Shown: positions 9,513 to 17,426 of the stretch, piece after piece
How the letters are laid out: every line of letters begins with the position of its first letter
Position numbering within the stretch: position 1 is the first letter of the stretch
Origin: Deltaproteobacteria bacterium
Lineage (GTDB): Bacteria > Myxococcota_A > UBA9160 > SMWR01
Direction of reading: 5' to 3'
DNA: 61,812 nt
Assembly: GCA_032128115.1 (NCBI GenBank)
Contig: JAQBHB010000053.1
Location: forward strand, 1-61,812
Translations under genes and position numbers: made by a program
The notes under the pieces: model-generated
What the model was told of the DNA's origin: nothing
Databases searched by the model: none
The model's input: the letters and a program-made list of their open reading frames with translations, nothing else

Positions 9513-9657
9513 GCCGGGACGAAGGCGAACGAGCGGGCGTGGGAGGCAACGCGCCTTGGCGAGCGCACTGCCGCCCGGTCGATCCTGTTCAGGTCCCGCT
9601 CAAAGATTCCGCTCACTCGCTCGCCGAGCTCAATGGGGAGCTCGTTCTTCGTCCGGC
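9513..9657. other. nested inverted repeat, candidate structured RNA
   Basis: Outer arms 9513-9534 / 9640-9657 (18 bp, two bulges) and inner arms 9555-9565 / 9618-9628 (11 bp, one G-U on the + strand). Confidence 0.4.
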
Positions 9658-9660
9658 CCG

Positions 9661-9762
9661 CCTTCTCTCACCTCTCCTCACCTCTCACCCTACTCGTCCA
9701 CGTCTAGTCGTCTCTTCCTAGTCGTCTCTTCTCTCACCCCTACTCGTCTCTTCTCTCACCCC
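9661..9762. repeat. pyrimidine-rich degenerate tandem repeat
   Basis: TCGTCTCTTCTCTCACCCC at 9722-9740 and 9744-9762; CTAGTCGTCTCTT at 9704-9716 and 9718-9730; repeated CTCTCACC units. Confidence 0.85.
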
Positions 9763-9944
9763 GCGAAAACTGGTGCCCGTGGGTTCGCTCGTCGGGCAGA
9801 CATCGGTTTACGCTCTTCGGTGCACTCTCCACAAGTGGTTACTTCCCCTCGATCGCCACTTTCGCGCGTGTCGTTGGAAGAATTGCTGGAACACGAAGGT
9901 GCAAACGCTAAGCTGCGACCCATTCGGGGGAGGAGGATTGCTTC

Positions 9945-10352
9945 ATGTCATGGCAACTCGTGGCGATGATCCTGGTTCCGGTTGCGACGGCGGTGGTTGG
10001 CTTCGTGGTCGGCCGTCACGTCTCGGGGGCGAGGCAGCAGATTCTGGATCTGGAGGCTCGCGCGGAGCTGCTGGCCAAGGAGCGCGAACACGCGCTGGTG
10101 GAGGTGGCGGCTCGGCGAGACGAACTGAAACAGGTTCGCGGTGAAGTCGAGGCGTACCGGGGGCGCGTGATCGAGCACTTCTCTGGAAGTTACGAACTGC
10201 TGCGGGCGCTTACGCTTCAATACCGCGCCGACTTCGAGCAGCTGGCCGAAGGGGAAGTTGCCCCCTGGGAATCCGAGCAGTTGGCCGAGCCGATCACTCC
10301 CGAGGCCCTGCCCGAGGCCGCCGTCCCGGAGAAGACTCGCTCGGGTCAGTGA
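9945..10352 (+). CDS. YhcB/ZapG (DUF1043)-like membrane-anchored coiled-coil protein
   Basis: N-terminal TM (GFVVGR), coiled coil, then YRGRVIEHFSGSYELLRALTLQYR resembling the YhcB signature; strong GGAGG RBS. Confidence 0.65.
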   Translation: MSWQLVAMILVPVATAVVGFVVGRHVSGARQQILDLEARAELLAKEREHALVEVAARRDELKQVRGEVEAYRGRVIEHFSGSYELLRALTLQYRADFEQLAEGEVAPWESEQLAEPITPEALPEAAVPEKTRSGQ

Positions 10353-10392
10353 CCGGAGGGCTCCCCGCCGGAGCCGGGCTGCGCTCCCACCT

Positions 10393-10422
10393 CAGTCGAG
10401 TGCAGTCGAGTGCAGTCGAGTG
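10393..10422. repeat. 10-bp tandem repeat (CAGTCGAGTG) x3
   Basis: Three exact units between convergent gene ends. Confidence 0.9.
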
Positions 10423-10452
10423 GCGCGCCGGCTGAATCCGAAGCGCGCGTGC

Positions 10453-12078
10453 CTACGCGGCCGTTCCGCGGGCTCGCCAGGCGTGGCGCGCCCGGTCGAC
10501 CAACATGCCGAGGCCTGCCAACACGATCAACAGCGTGAACGGGGCCCCTAGATAGGGAAGCTCGATGGCGACGATCACGACGGTCAGACCCGCCAGCAGC
10601 GCGAGCCCGAATGCGTGGATTCCGGGGTCGCGGGGGTGTACCAGTGCGGTCCCCACCAGGGCCGCCACCAGGATGCCCGAGACGTAGAGCGCGGTGAGGA
10701 ACAGGGACGCCCCCAGGGCGGCGATGGGGAGGCCCACCAGGGTGAGGGCGCAAACGCAGATCACCAGGGGGGCAATCACCAGGGCCAGGAAGCCGACGCC
10801 CACGCAGCGGAAGAATCTGCCCGTGGTCGCCAGGTGGCCCCCGAAGATTCCGGGCACGAGCAGGTGGAGCAGCATCCCGAACAGGAAGGCGGCCACCAGC
10901 TCGACGGCGAGCCAGATCCAGAAGCTCGCCTCCCGATAGCGTTCGAGCCGGGGGCCGTGTCGGTAGGCGTACACCGTGGACTCGACCTCCCCGGTTACCC
11001 GTGCTCCCGAAGCCACCTCGATCTCCTGGCCGCGGGGAAGCTCTGCCCTGACGTCGCCGGCCACGCGCGCGGTGTCCAGCAGGGCCAGACGGTCACCCCG
11101 GGTCACCACGTTGCGTCCCACATTGCCCCGCACCTCCATCCAATCGACCGCGGCCAGGACGTCGCGGCCCGCCGATCCCTCCACGACGGCGGTGGAGGCC
11201 AGGACGAGGGTGTCGCGCTCGACCCGGGCGCCCGTAGACAGGCGGAAGTCTTCGGTCAATGCGTAGAGATTCCGGCCCACCGTGCCGGAGACCGTGGTGT
11301 GACCGCTGCACAGATAGACCGACCCGGTCACCGCACCCGAGATTTCCAGGTCGCGGGCGAAGCCCAGGATGTTGCCCCGCACCTCGCCTCGCACGGCCAG
11401 TCGTTCGGTGAAGACGATCAGGTCGCCGTCGATGACTCCGTCCACGTTCACGGTGCGCCCCGACCACGCGACCAGGGTGCCCTCGTGGACTTCGCCAGCC
11501 GCCACCTGGATGTCCCGGTGCTCGTGCAGGCCGAAGTGGGCGGCGCCCGGTTGGGGCGACGCCAGAACGGCCAGGCACACCAGGCCCGCCACCCCCGGCC
11601 CCGCCCAGCGCCGGAATACGGCCGTCACCGAGAACGTGAGCAGGGCCGATGCGCCCGCCGTGGCCGCCACCGCCAGGGCCAGTTCCAGCAGGCCGGGAGC
11701 ACGGTCGCGAAGAGTGAAGATCAGGTCGAAGGCCATGGATGAAAATCCTCGTAATCGAATGGGATTCAGGATGGAGCCGGGTAGCTGCGTCTCGGCCAGG
11801 GTCCCGAGTACGAAGGCCGCCACCGCGGTCAGCGCCACGGCGGGGACCATGCCCACGGCGAGCCCCCGGGCCGGCCTCGTGCGGGTCACACGGCGCACCG
11901 CTGCCGGCACCCGCCCATGGAGTACATCGGAGAGCAGGCCGGCCTCGTCGCGCAACGCCAACACCTGGGCCCGGCAAGCGCGACACGTCATCAGGTGTTG
12001 CTCCACGGCGCGGTGTTCATCGGGCCGCAGCTCGCCATCCACGTAGACCGAGTAGGTGGCTTCGGGAAAGCAACTCAC
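10453..12078 (-). CDS. zinc-finger (zf-HC2) anti-sigma factor fused to a beta-helix (polymer-forming-like) domain and a C-terminal multi-TM domain
   Basis: YVDGEL...HLMTCRAC (HxxxCxxC); repeats such as VNVDGVIDGDL, VRGEVRGNI, ISGAVTGSV; about 5 C-terminal TM helices; GTGA overlap with the sigma gene. Confidence 0.85.
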   Translation of the reverse strand: MSCFPEATYSVYVDGELRPDEHRAVEQHLMTCRACRAQVLALRDEAGLLSDVLHGRVPAAVRRVTRTRPARGLAVGMVPAVALTAVAAFVLGTLAETQLPGSILNPIRLRGFSSMAFDLIFTLRDRAPGLLELALAVAATAGASALLTFSVTAVFRRWAGPGVAGLVCLAVLASPQPGAAHFGLHEHRDIQVAAGEVHEGTLVAWSGRTVNVDGVIDGDLIVFTERLAVRGEVRGNILGFARDLEISGAVTGSVYLCSGHTTVSGTVGRNLYALTEDFRLSTGARVERDTLVLASTAVVEGSAGRDVLAAVDWMEVRGNVGRNVVTRGDRLALLDTARVAGDVRAELPRGQEIEVASGARVTGEVESTVYAYRHGPRLERYREASFWIWLAVELVAAFLFGMLLHLLVPGIFGGHLATTGRFFRCVGVGFLALVIAPLVICVCALTLVGLPIAALGASLFLTALYVSGILVAALVGTALVHPRDPGIHAFGLALLAGLTVVIVAIELPYLGAPFTLLIVLAGLGMLVDRARHAWRARGTAA

Positions 12079-12701
12079 GGCTCCCGCCCTCCGCGGCGAC
12101 GCTCGACCAGATCCACCACGTCGGCATGGGGTTCCGCCAGGCGCTGGCGCAGTTGGCGCTTGGCCCGGAACAGGAGGGTTCCCACCTGGTTACGGGTGAC
12201 ACCCAGTGTCTCGGCGATGGCGTCGTAGTCCAGGTCGCTGAAGTAACGCAGCACCAGGGGCAACCGATAGCTGTGGGGGAGCGCATCGATGGCCGCCCCG
12301 ATCGCGTCGCGCTCCCGGTTCTGGGACACCTGACTCAGGGGCGAGGGCCCGGGGTCGGCCAGGTCGGCGGGATCGAGTTCGCGAGCCTCGAACAGCCGGG
12401 CCTCGGTGGTCTGCCGGCGCAGCTGGTCGACGCAATGGTTGGCGGCGATCCCCAGCAGCCAGGGGCGGAAGGGGCGCCTGCGGTCGTAGCTCTCGAGACC
12501 GCCGCGCAGCTTGAGGAACACCTCGTGGCCGGCGTCTTCGGCGGCTCCCCTGCCGCCCAGCATGCGTCGGCACACACGGCCCACGTCGGATTCGAAGCGC
12601 TCGAACAGCTCGGCCAACGCCGTCGCATTTCCTGCGAGGGCGCGGTCGATCAGGGACTGGATCCCGGTCTGAATCTCATCCTGGATCTCATCCGGGCCCA
12701 C
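12075..12701 (-). CDS. ECF RNA polymerase sigma factor
   Basis: Region 2 AEDAGHEVFLKL...FRPWLLGIAANHCVD, region 4 LRYFSDLDYDAIAETLG...VGTLLFRAK; start GTG 12701 with GGGAGG RBS. Confidence 0.93.
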   Translation of the reverse strand: MGPDEIQDEIQTGIQSLIDRALAGNATALAELFERFESDVGRVCRRMLGGRGAAEDAGHEVFLKLRGGLESYDRRRPFRPWLLGIAANHCVDQLRRQTTEARLFEARELDPADLADPGPSPLSQVSQNRERDAIGAAIDALPHSYRLPLVLRYFSDLDYDAIAETLGVTRNQVGTLLFRAKRQLRQRLAEPHADVVDLVERRRGGREP

Positions 12702-12863
12702 CCGACCCTCCCACCGCGGGGCGTTACGCGGGACGCCAACCCGAAAGACTAGCTCGGCGGCCGCCAACCGATTTGATCTCCCGAATACGGGCCCAGCCAG
12801 GACCCTGCACACCATTACGAACGAGAAGGCAGGAAATTGCGGGCCTGGGCTAGCTTTTCGGGG

Positions 12864-12923
12864 CGGTGAGGGGGAAGCGCATCCGGTGAGGGGGAAGCGC
12901 ATCCGGTGAGGGGCAAGCGCATC
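12864..12923. repeat. 20-bp tandem repeat (CGGTGAGGGGGAAGCGCATC) x3
   Basis: Three units with one mismatch in the third, ending 2 nt before the GTG of the acyl-CoA dehydrogenase. Confidence 0.92.
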
Positions 12924-12925
12924 TA

Positions 12926-14203
12926 GTGGACTTCGCGATCCCCGACGACATCCAGAAGAAGCTGGCCGAGCTCGATGCCTTCATCGAGGCGGAAATCCTC
13001 CCGCTCGAACGCCAGCATCCCCAGTACTTCGATCACCGCCGCGAGCACGCCCGCACCCGTTGGGAGGAGGATGGTGTGCCGGAGCCGGCCTGGGAGGCGC
13101 TCCTGGCCGAGATGCGGCGCCGGGCCGACGAGGCCGGCCACCTGCGTTACGGACTTCCCCGGGAGCTGGGCGGCCAGGATGGCAGCAACCTGGCCATGGC
13201 GATCATCCGCGAGCACCTGGCCGCTCGGGGTCTGGGACTCCACAACGATCTCCAGAACGAATCGTCCATTGTCGGGAACTTCCCCATGGCTCATATGCTG
13301 AACGATTTCGGGACACCCGAGCAGAAGGCCGAATACCTGGAGGCGTCCATCACGGGTGTGCACCGCATCGCGTTTGGTCTTACCGAGCCCGAGCACGGCA
13401 GTGACGCCACCTTTCTCGAGACCACGGCGGTGCGCGACGGCGACGATTGGGTGATCAACGGCGCCAAGCGTTTCAACACCGGTCTCCACAATGCCACCGT
13501 CGATCTGATCTTCGCGCGCACCTCGGGGGAGCCCGGACAGCCGCGGGGCATCACGGCGTTCCTGGTGCCCACCGACGCCGCCGGCTTCACGGTGGAGCAC
13601 ATGTGGTGGACGTTCAACATGCCCACCGACCACGCGGAGGTGACGCTCCGGGACGTGCGGGTTCGCAACGACGCCATCCTCCACGTGGAAGGCGAGGGGC
13701 TCAGCCTGGCCCAGCACTTCGTGCACGAGAACCGCATTCGCCAGGCCGCGTCCGGTGTGGGCGCCGCCCAATACTGCATCAATCGGGCGGTTGCCTACGC
13801 GCGCGAGCGCAAGACCTGGGGCGTGCCGCTGGCACGGAACCAGGCCATCCAGTTTCCGTTGGCGGAGCTCCACACCGAGGCCGAGATGGTGCGGACGCTG
13901 GTCTACAAGACCGCCTGGTATCTGGATCGCCGCGACCCCATGACCGTCAGCGACCAGGTCTCCATGGCCAACTACCGGGCAAACCGCCTGGTGTGTGAGG
14001 CTGCGGACTTCGCCATGCAGGTGCACGGCGGGATCGGTTACTCGCGCCACGTGCCGTTCGAGCACATCTACCGACACCACCGTCGCTACCGCATCACCGA
14101 GGGGGCCGAGCAGATCCAGATCCGCAAGGTGGCGGGCCACCTGTTCGGGTTCGTGGGAGGCGGCGCGACGCGCGGGCCTAGCGGTTCTTCTGGTTCCTCT
14201 TGA
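12926..14203 (+). CDS. acyl-CoA dehydrogenase family protein
   Basis: AFGLTEPEHGSD, WVINGAKRF, QAIQFPLA, MQVHGGIG, RITEGAEQIQ. Confidence 0.95.
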   Translation: MDFAIPDDIQKKLAELDAFIEAEILPLERQHPQYFDHRREHARTRWEEDGVPEPAWEALLAEMRRRADEAGHLRYGLPRELGGQDGSNLAMAIIREHLAARGLGLHNDLQNESSIVGNFPMAHMLNDFGTPEQKAEYLEASITGVHRIAFGLTEPEHGSDATFLETTAVRDGDDWVINGAKRFNTGLHNATVDLIFARTSGEPGQPRGITAFLVPTDAAGFTVEHMWWTFNMPTDHAEVTLRDVRVRNDAILHVEGEGLSLAQHFVHENRIRQAASGVGAAQYCINRAVAYARERKTWGVPLARNQAIQFPLAELHTEAEMVRTLVYKTAWYLDRRDPMTVSDQVSMANYRANRLVCEAADFAMQVHGGIGYSRHVPFEHIYRHHRRYRITEGAEQIQIRKVAGHLFGFVGGGATRGPSGSSGSS

Positions 14204-15041
14204 TCATCGCGATGATGGGAGACGGCTCGGAAGGGTGCCAGTTCGTCTCCGCGGGATCGTGGGGCCAGATGAAGGGCAGGTGCTCCACGTGGCCGGGCTC
14301 ACGGGCCCGGACGAACACGTCGAGGGCGGCGCGCAAAACCGCCATCTGCGTGCCGGCATCGTCCACGTCGCCATAGGGTCGCCCGAAGGGATGCTCGATG
14401 GCCGCGATCCGCGGCATGCCCACGAGGTTCTGGTAGGCCCAGATCATGTTCAGCGTGACGGTGGGGATCCCCGCCTTTTCGATGGCACGCGCGACCAGTC
14501 CCACGGACCGGCAGCAGTCCGGTCAGACGGGCGCCAGCAGGGCCAGATCCACCTCCTGGCCCTTCATGTGTTCGGCGATCTCCGGGGCACTCTTCTGCTC
14601 CAGTTCGCGGGTGCTGCTTCCCTGGTAGCCCATGGTGGAGTAGTGGGTGTCGGCCAGCGAGCCCACGACGCCGTCCTCCACCAGGGCGTGCAGGCGGTCG
14701 ACCGGCAGCGCCACGTTGAGATCCCGCAGGATGTAACTCGTGTCGATGTGCAGGTGGTTGGCCAGGATGTCGGCAGACGTGGCGCGGACGGAGAGCTTCC
14801 TCCAGCTGGAGTCGCCGCGCGTGGGGTTTGCGCGCTCCATCTCCATGTCGAAGGGCACATCGTCCTTCATGGAGAGCCCGGCAGTGGAGAGCAGCGCCAC
14901 CTTCGAATCCGCCAGGGGGCGGGTCACCGGTGTCCACGGGATCGGTCCATGGGTGGGCTCGTCGGGGATCTGGCTGGACAGGACCTTCTGCAGGAATCCG
15001 CCGGCGAATCGCCACGGGTCGACGCGATGCGGTTCGGTCAT
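14178..15041 (-). CDS. glycine/sarcosine/betaine/proline reductase selenoprotein B-like protein (GrdB/PrdB-like); Sec at UGA 14523-14525
   Basis: ORFs 14523..15041 and 14178..14504 are in the same frame. Readthrough gives DLALLAPV-U-PDCCRSVGLVARAIEKAGIPTV; the N-half has KVALLSTAG, GDSSWR, DLNVALPVDRL and the C-half has EHPFGRPYG. Confidence 0.9.
14490..14522 (-). promoter_or_regulatory. bacterial SECIS-like hairpin
   Basis: After the UGA: 11-nt spacer, then CCGGUCC-GUG-GGACUGG (7-bp stem, 14511-14495, G-containing loop), extendable by UGCUG/UCGCG. Confidence 0.75.
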
Positions 15042-15121
15042 CTGTCCTCCTGGTGCTCGGGGGGGCAGCGTAGCAGCAAGTCTTTCCCTGGTGGCCAGGG
15101 TCCGGGTGCGAGGCGGAGACG

Positions 15122-16861
15122 TCAGTTGAACAGGTTCAGGAAGCCGATCAGGTCGAGGGTGCTGCCCTCGATCTGGACGTCGCCGGAGGCGAACACCAGG
15201 GCCGGGTTGCGGGCTCCCACTACCAGCTCGCGCCAGACCCGGGAGTCGATTGTCAGGGACACATCCGCATTTTCGGGAAATCCGGACTGGAGCTCGGCGA
15301 CACCGCGCCGCACGTGGATTCCAAAGGCCTGGTCCAGGTCGGGGAAGCGGAAGCCCACCAGCAGATCCGTGTCGGCGGCCTTCTGGGCGTCCAGGTTCAC
15401 GGGCATCGCCGACATGAAGTTGTCGATGGGAATCGAGCGCACCAGCGTCAGCACACTCTCGTCCAGCTCGCGTTCAGCATCCACCGTGACGCGGCCCTCG
15501 AGCTCGCGAGCCTGGGTCAGGTAGAAGTTGCGCCCGTTGGGACTCGGGCTGTCCTGGCCAAGCACGCGCAGGGCGCGGGCCTTGAGCTGTCGGGCCTCGT
15601 CCTGACCCGGGTCGAGAACCAGCAACTCGCTGGCCAGCTCGGCCCCCCAGCGGGTGTGGCCCTCGGAGAGCGCGCGGCGGGCCGCGGCCAGCAGCGCGGC
15701 CTGGCCGCCCGCCAGGTCGGCGAAACCCTCTGCGCGCTCTTCCGGGCTCGCGGGCGAGAGCGTTGCGGCGTCGCCATCGAACCAACCCAGGTAACCATCG
15801 AAGATCGAGCGCACCGACCACTCGACGGTTCCGTAGAACTCCTGCAGATAGGGGTGATCGCGCAGATGGGGTGGCAGCTGCACGAAGGCCACCAGCTCGT
15901 CGGGGGTGAGGCCCAGGTTCATGCCGCGCACGGTCTGGTCGTGGACGTACTGGATGGCATCCCGATAGGCGCTGAGAACGCCTTCGATGGTTTCGGCGCC
16001 CGAAACTGGCCGCGTGTGGCTGGGTGCCAGGTGTTCGGGCTTCAGTGCCCGCATGACGTCGATGCTCCGCGACCACTCCAGCACATCGCGGTACGGCGTG
16101 CCGCGGATCGTGTACAGGTTGGGGAAGGCCTTGTAGACGTTGTCCCCCGGCATGAGCACGCGTCGCTCGGGCAGCCAGACGAACAGCTGATCCGAGGTCT
16201 CGCCGGGAGCGTGCACCAGCTGCACCTGGACGCCGCAGATCTCCACGTCGAGGCGGTCCGCGAAGGTGCGGTTCGGGCGCAGCAGGCCCACTGTGTCGCC
16301 CCCGCGTCCGATCTCCAGGAAGGGGCCGATGCCCGCATTCACGAAGGCGTCGGCGCCATCGGCGGGCAGCAGGTTTCCGAACATGCGCGTGCTTCGCGCC
16401 GCGATCACCGGGCGTATGATTCCGATCACCCGATCGATGATCTGCTCGGTGGTCTCGTGGGCGTAGACGTCCACTCCGCCCTGGGGTGCGAAGCCGGGCC
16501 CTCCGAAGACGTGATCGGCGTGGTTGTGGGTGTAGATCAGGGCGGCGATCGGCTTGTCGGTGATCTTCTCGAACTCGGCGCGCACCGCGCGTGCGGCCTC
16601 GACACTTCCCAGCGTGTCGACCACGAAGACGCATTCGTCTCCCTCCACCAGGATCGAGTTGGCCAGGCCGAATCCCACCGCCACATGGACGCCTGCTCCC
16701 ACCGGATAGATGGTGCGCTCGAATTCGCGGTTGTGGGCTTCCAGGGCAGCGCGGGCATCGGTCGCGATCCCGTCGGCTTCCGGTGCGGGCAGCCCGTCGC
16801 ATGCCGCGAGGGCGAGGCCGGCGACGGCGAGAAGGAGACGGCGGCGCGGAATCCGGATCAT
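15122..16861 (-). CDS. alkyl/aryl sulfatase (SdsA1-like; MBL fold, dimerisation and SCP2 domains), lipoprotein
   Basis: THNHADHVFG, HAPGETSDQ, FPNLYTIRGTPYRD, YLGWFDG; LALAAC lipobox. Confidence 0.93.
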   Translation of the reverse strand: MIRIPRRRLLLAVAGLALAACDGLPAPEADGIATDARAALEAHNREFERTIYPVGAGVHVAVGFGLANSILVEGDECVFVVDTLGSVEAARAVRAEFEKITDKPIAALIYTHNHADHVFGGPGFAPQGGVDVYAHETTEQIIDRVIGIIRPVIAARSTRMFGNLLPADGADAFVNAGIGPFLEIGRGGDTVGLLRPNRTFADRLDVEICGVQVQLVHAPGETSDQLFVWLPERRVLMPGDNVYKAFPNLYTIRGTPYRDVLEWSRSIDVMRALKPEHLAPSHTRPVSGAETIEGVLSAYRDAIQYVHDQTVRGMNLGLTPDELVAFVQLPPHLRDHPYLQEFYGTVEWSVRSIFDGYLGWFDGDAATLSPASPEERAEGFADLAGGQAALLAAARRALSEGHTRWGAELASELLVLDPGQDEARQLKARALRVLGQDSPSPNGRNFYLTQARELEGRVTVDAERELDESVLTLVRSIPIDNFMSAMPVNLDAQKAADTDLLVGFRFPDLDQAFGIHVRRGVAELQSGFPENADVSLTIDSRVWRELVVGARNPALVFASGDVQIEGSTLDLIGFLNLFN

Positions 16862-16889
16862 CGCGCGCGGGTCCCCCGGTTCCGCTGGC

Positions 16890-17426
16890 TCAGGTGATGC
16901 GCTTCCCGCGCACCATCAGGAGCTTGCCCGAGCGGACCAGCTCCACCAGATGGAAGGGCCGCAGCAGATCGATGAAGGCGTCGAGCTTTTCGCTCGATCC
17001 ATGGGCCTGGAGGATCGCCGAGTCGGTGCCGTAGTCCACCACGCGCGCCTTGAAGTGCTCTGCAATCTGCAGGATCTCGGTGCGCTGGTCCAGCGGAGCC
17101 TCGAGCTTCAGCAGCGCGATCTCGGTCTCGTAGGAGAGGTCGCCCGTGTGGTCGATGGCGTGCACCACGTCCACCAGCTTCGTCAGCTGTTTCACCACCT
17201 GCTCCAGGACCTCGGGCGCGCCCGAGCACGTGATGGTCATGCGCGAGAAGCGTCCCTCGGCGGAGGGGCTCACCACCAGGCTCTCGATGTTGAAGCCGCG
17301 ACGCGAGAACACCAGGGCCACCCGGACGAGTACGCCCGGCGTGTTGTTGACGAACAGGGAGATCGTATGGATCGGAGGCGCCGGGACCTCCGACGCCGAC
17401 GGGCCCGCAATCTGGGCGACGCTCAT
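16890..17426 (-). CDS. ilvN: acetolactate synthase small (regulatory) subunit
   Basis: HTISLFVNNTPGVLVRVALVFSRRGFNIESL, VELVRSG; ATG overlaps the ilvB stop (TGATG). Confidence 0.95.
   Translation of the reverse strand: MSVAQIAGPSASEVPAPPIHTISLFVNNTPGVLVRVALVFSRRGFNIESLVVSPSAEGRFSRMTITCSGAPEVLEQVVKQLTKLVDVVHAIDHTGDLSYETEIALLKLEAPLDQRTEILQIAEHFKARVVDYGTDSAILQAHGSSEKLDAFIDLLRPFHLVELVRSGKLLMVRGKRIT

Noticed and set aside
12864..12923. Possible CRISPR array (also the repeats at 8661 and 42813)
   Set aside because: Units are directly adjacent or only two copies, with no series of unique spacers and no cas genes.
14178..15041. Pseudogene interpretation of the split reductase gene
   Set aside because: The only interruption is a UGA at the family's Sec position, followed by xxC and a SECIS-like hairpin; both halves are otherwise intact.
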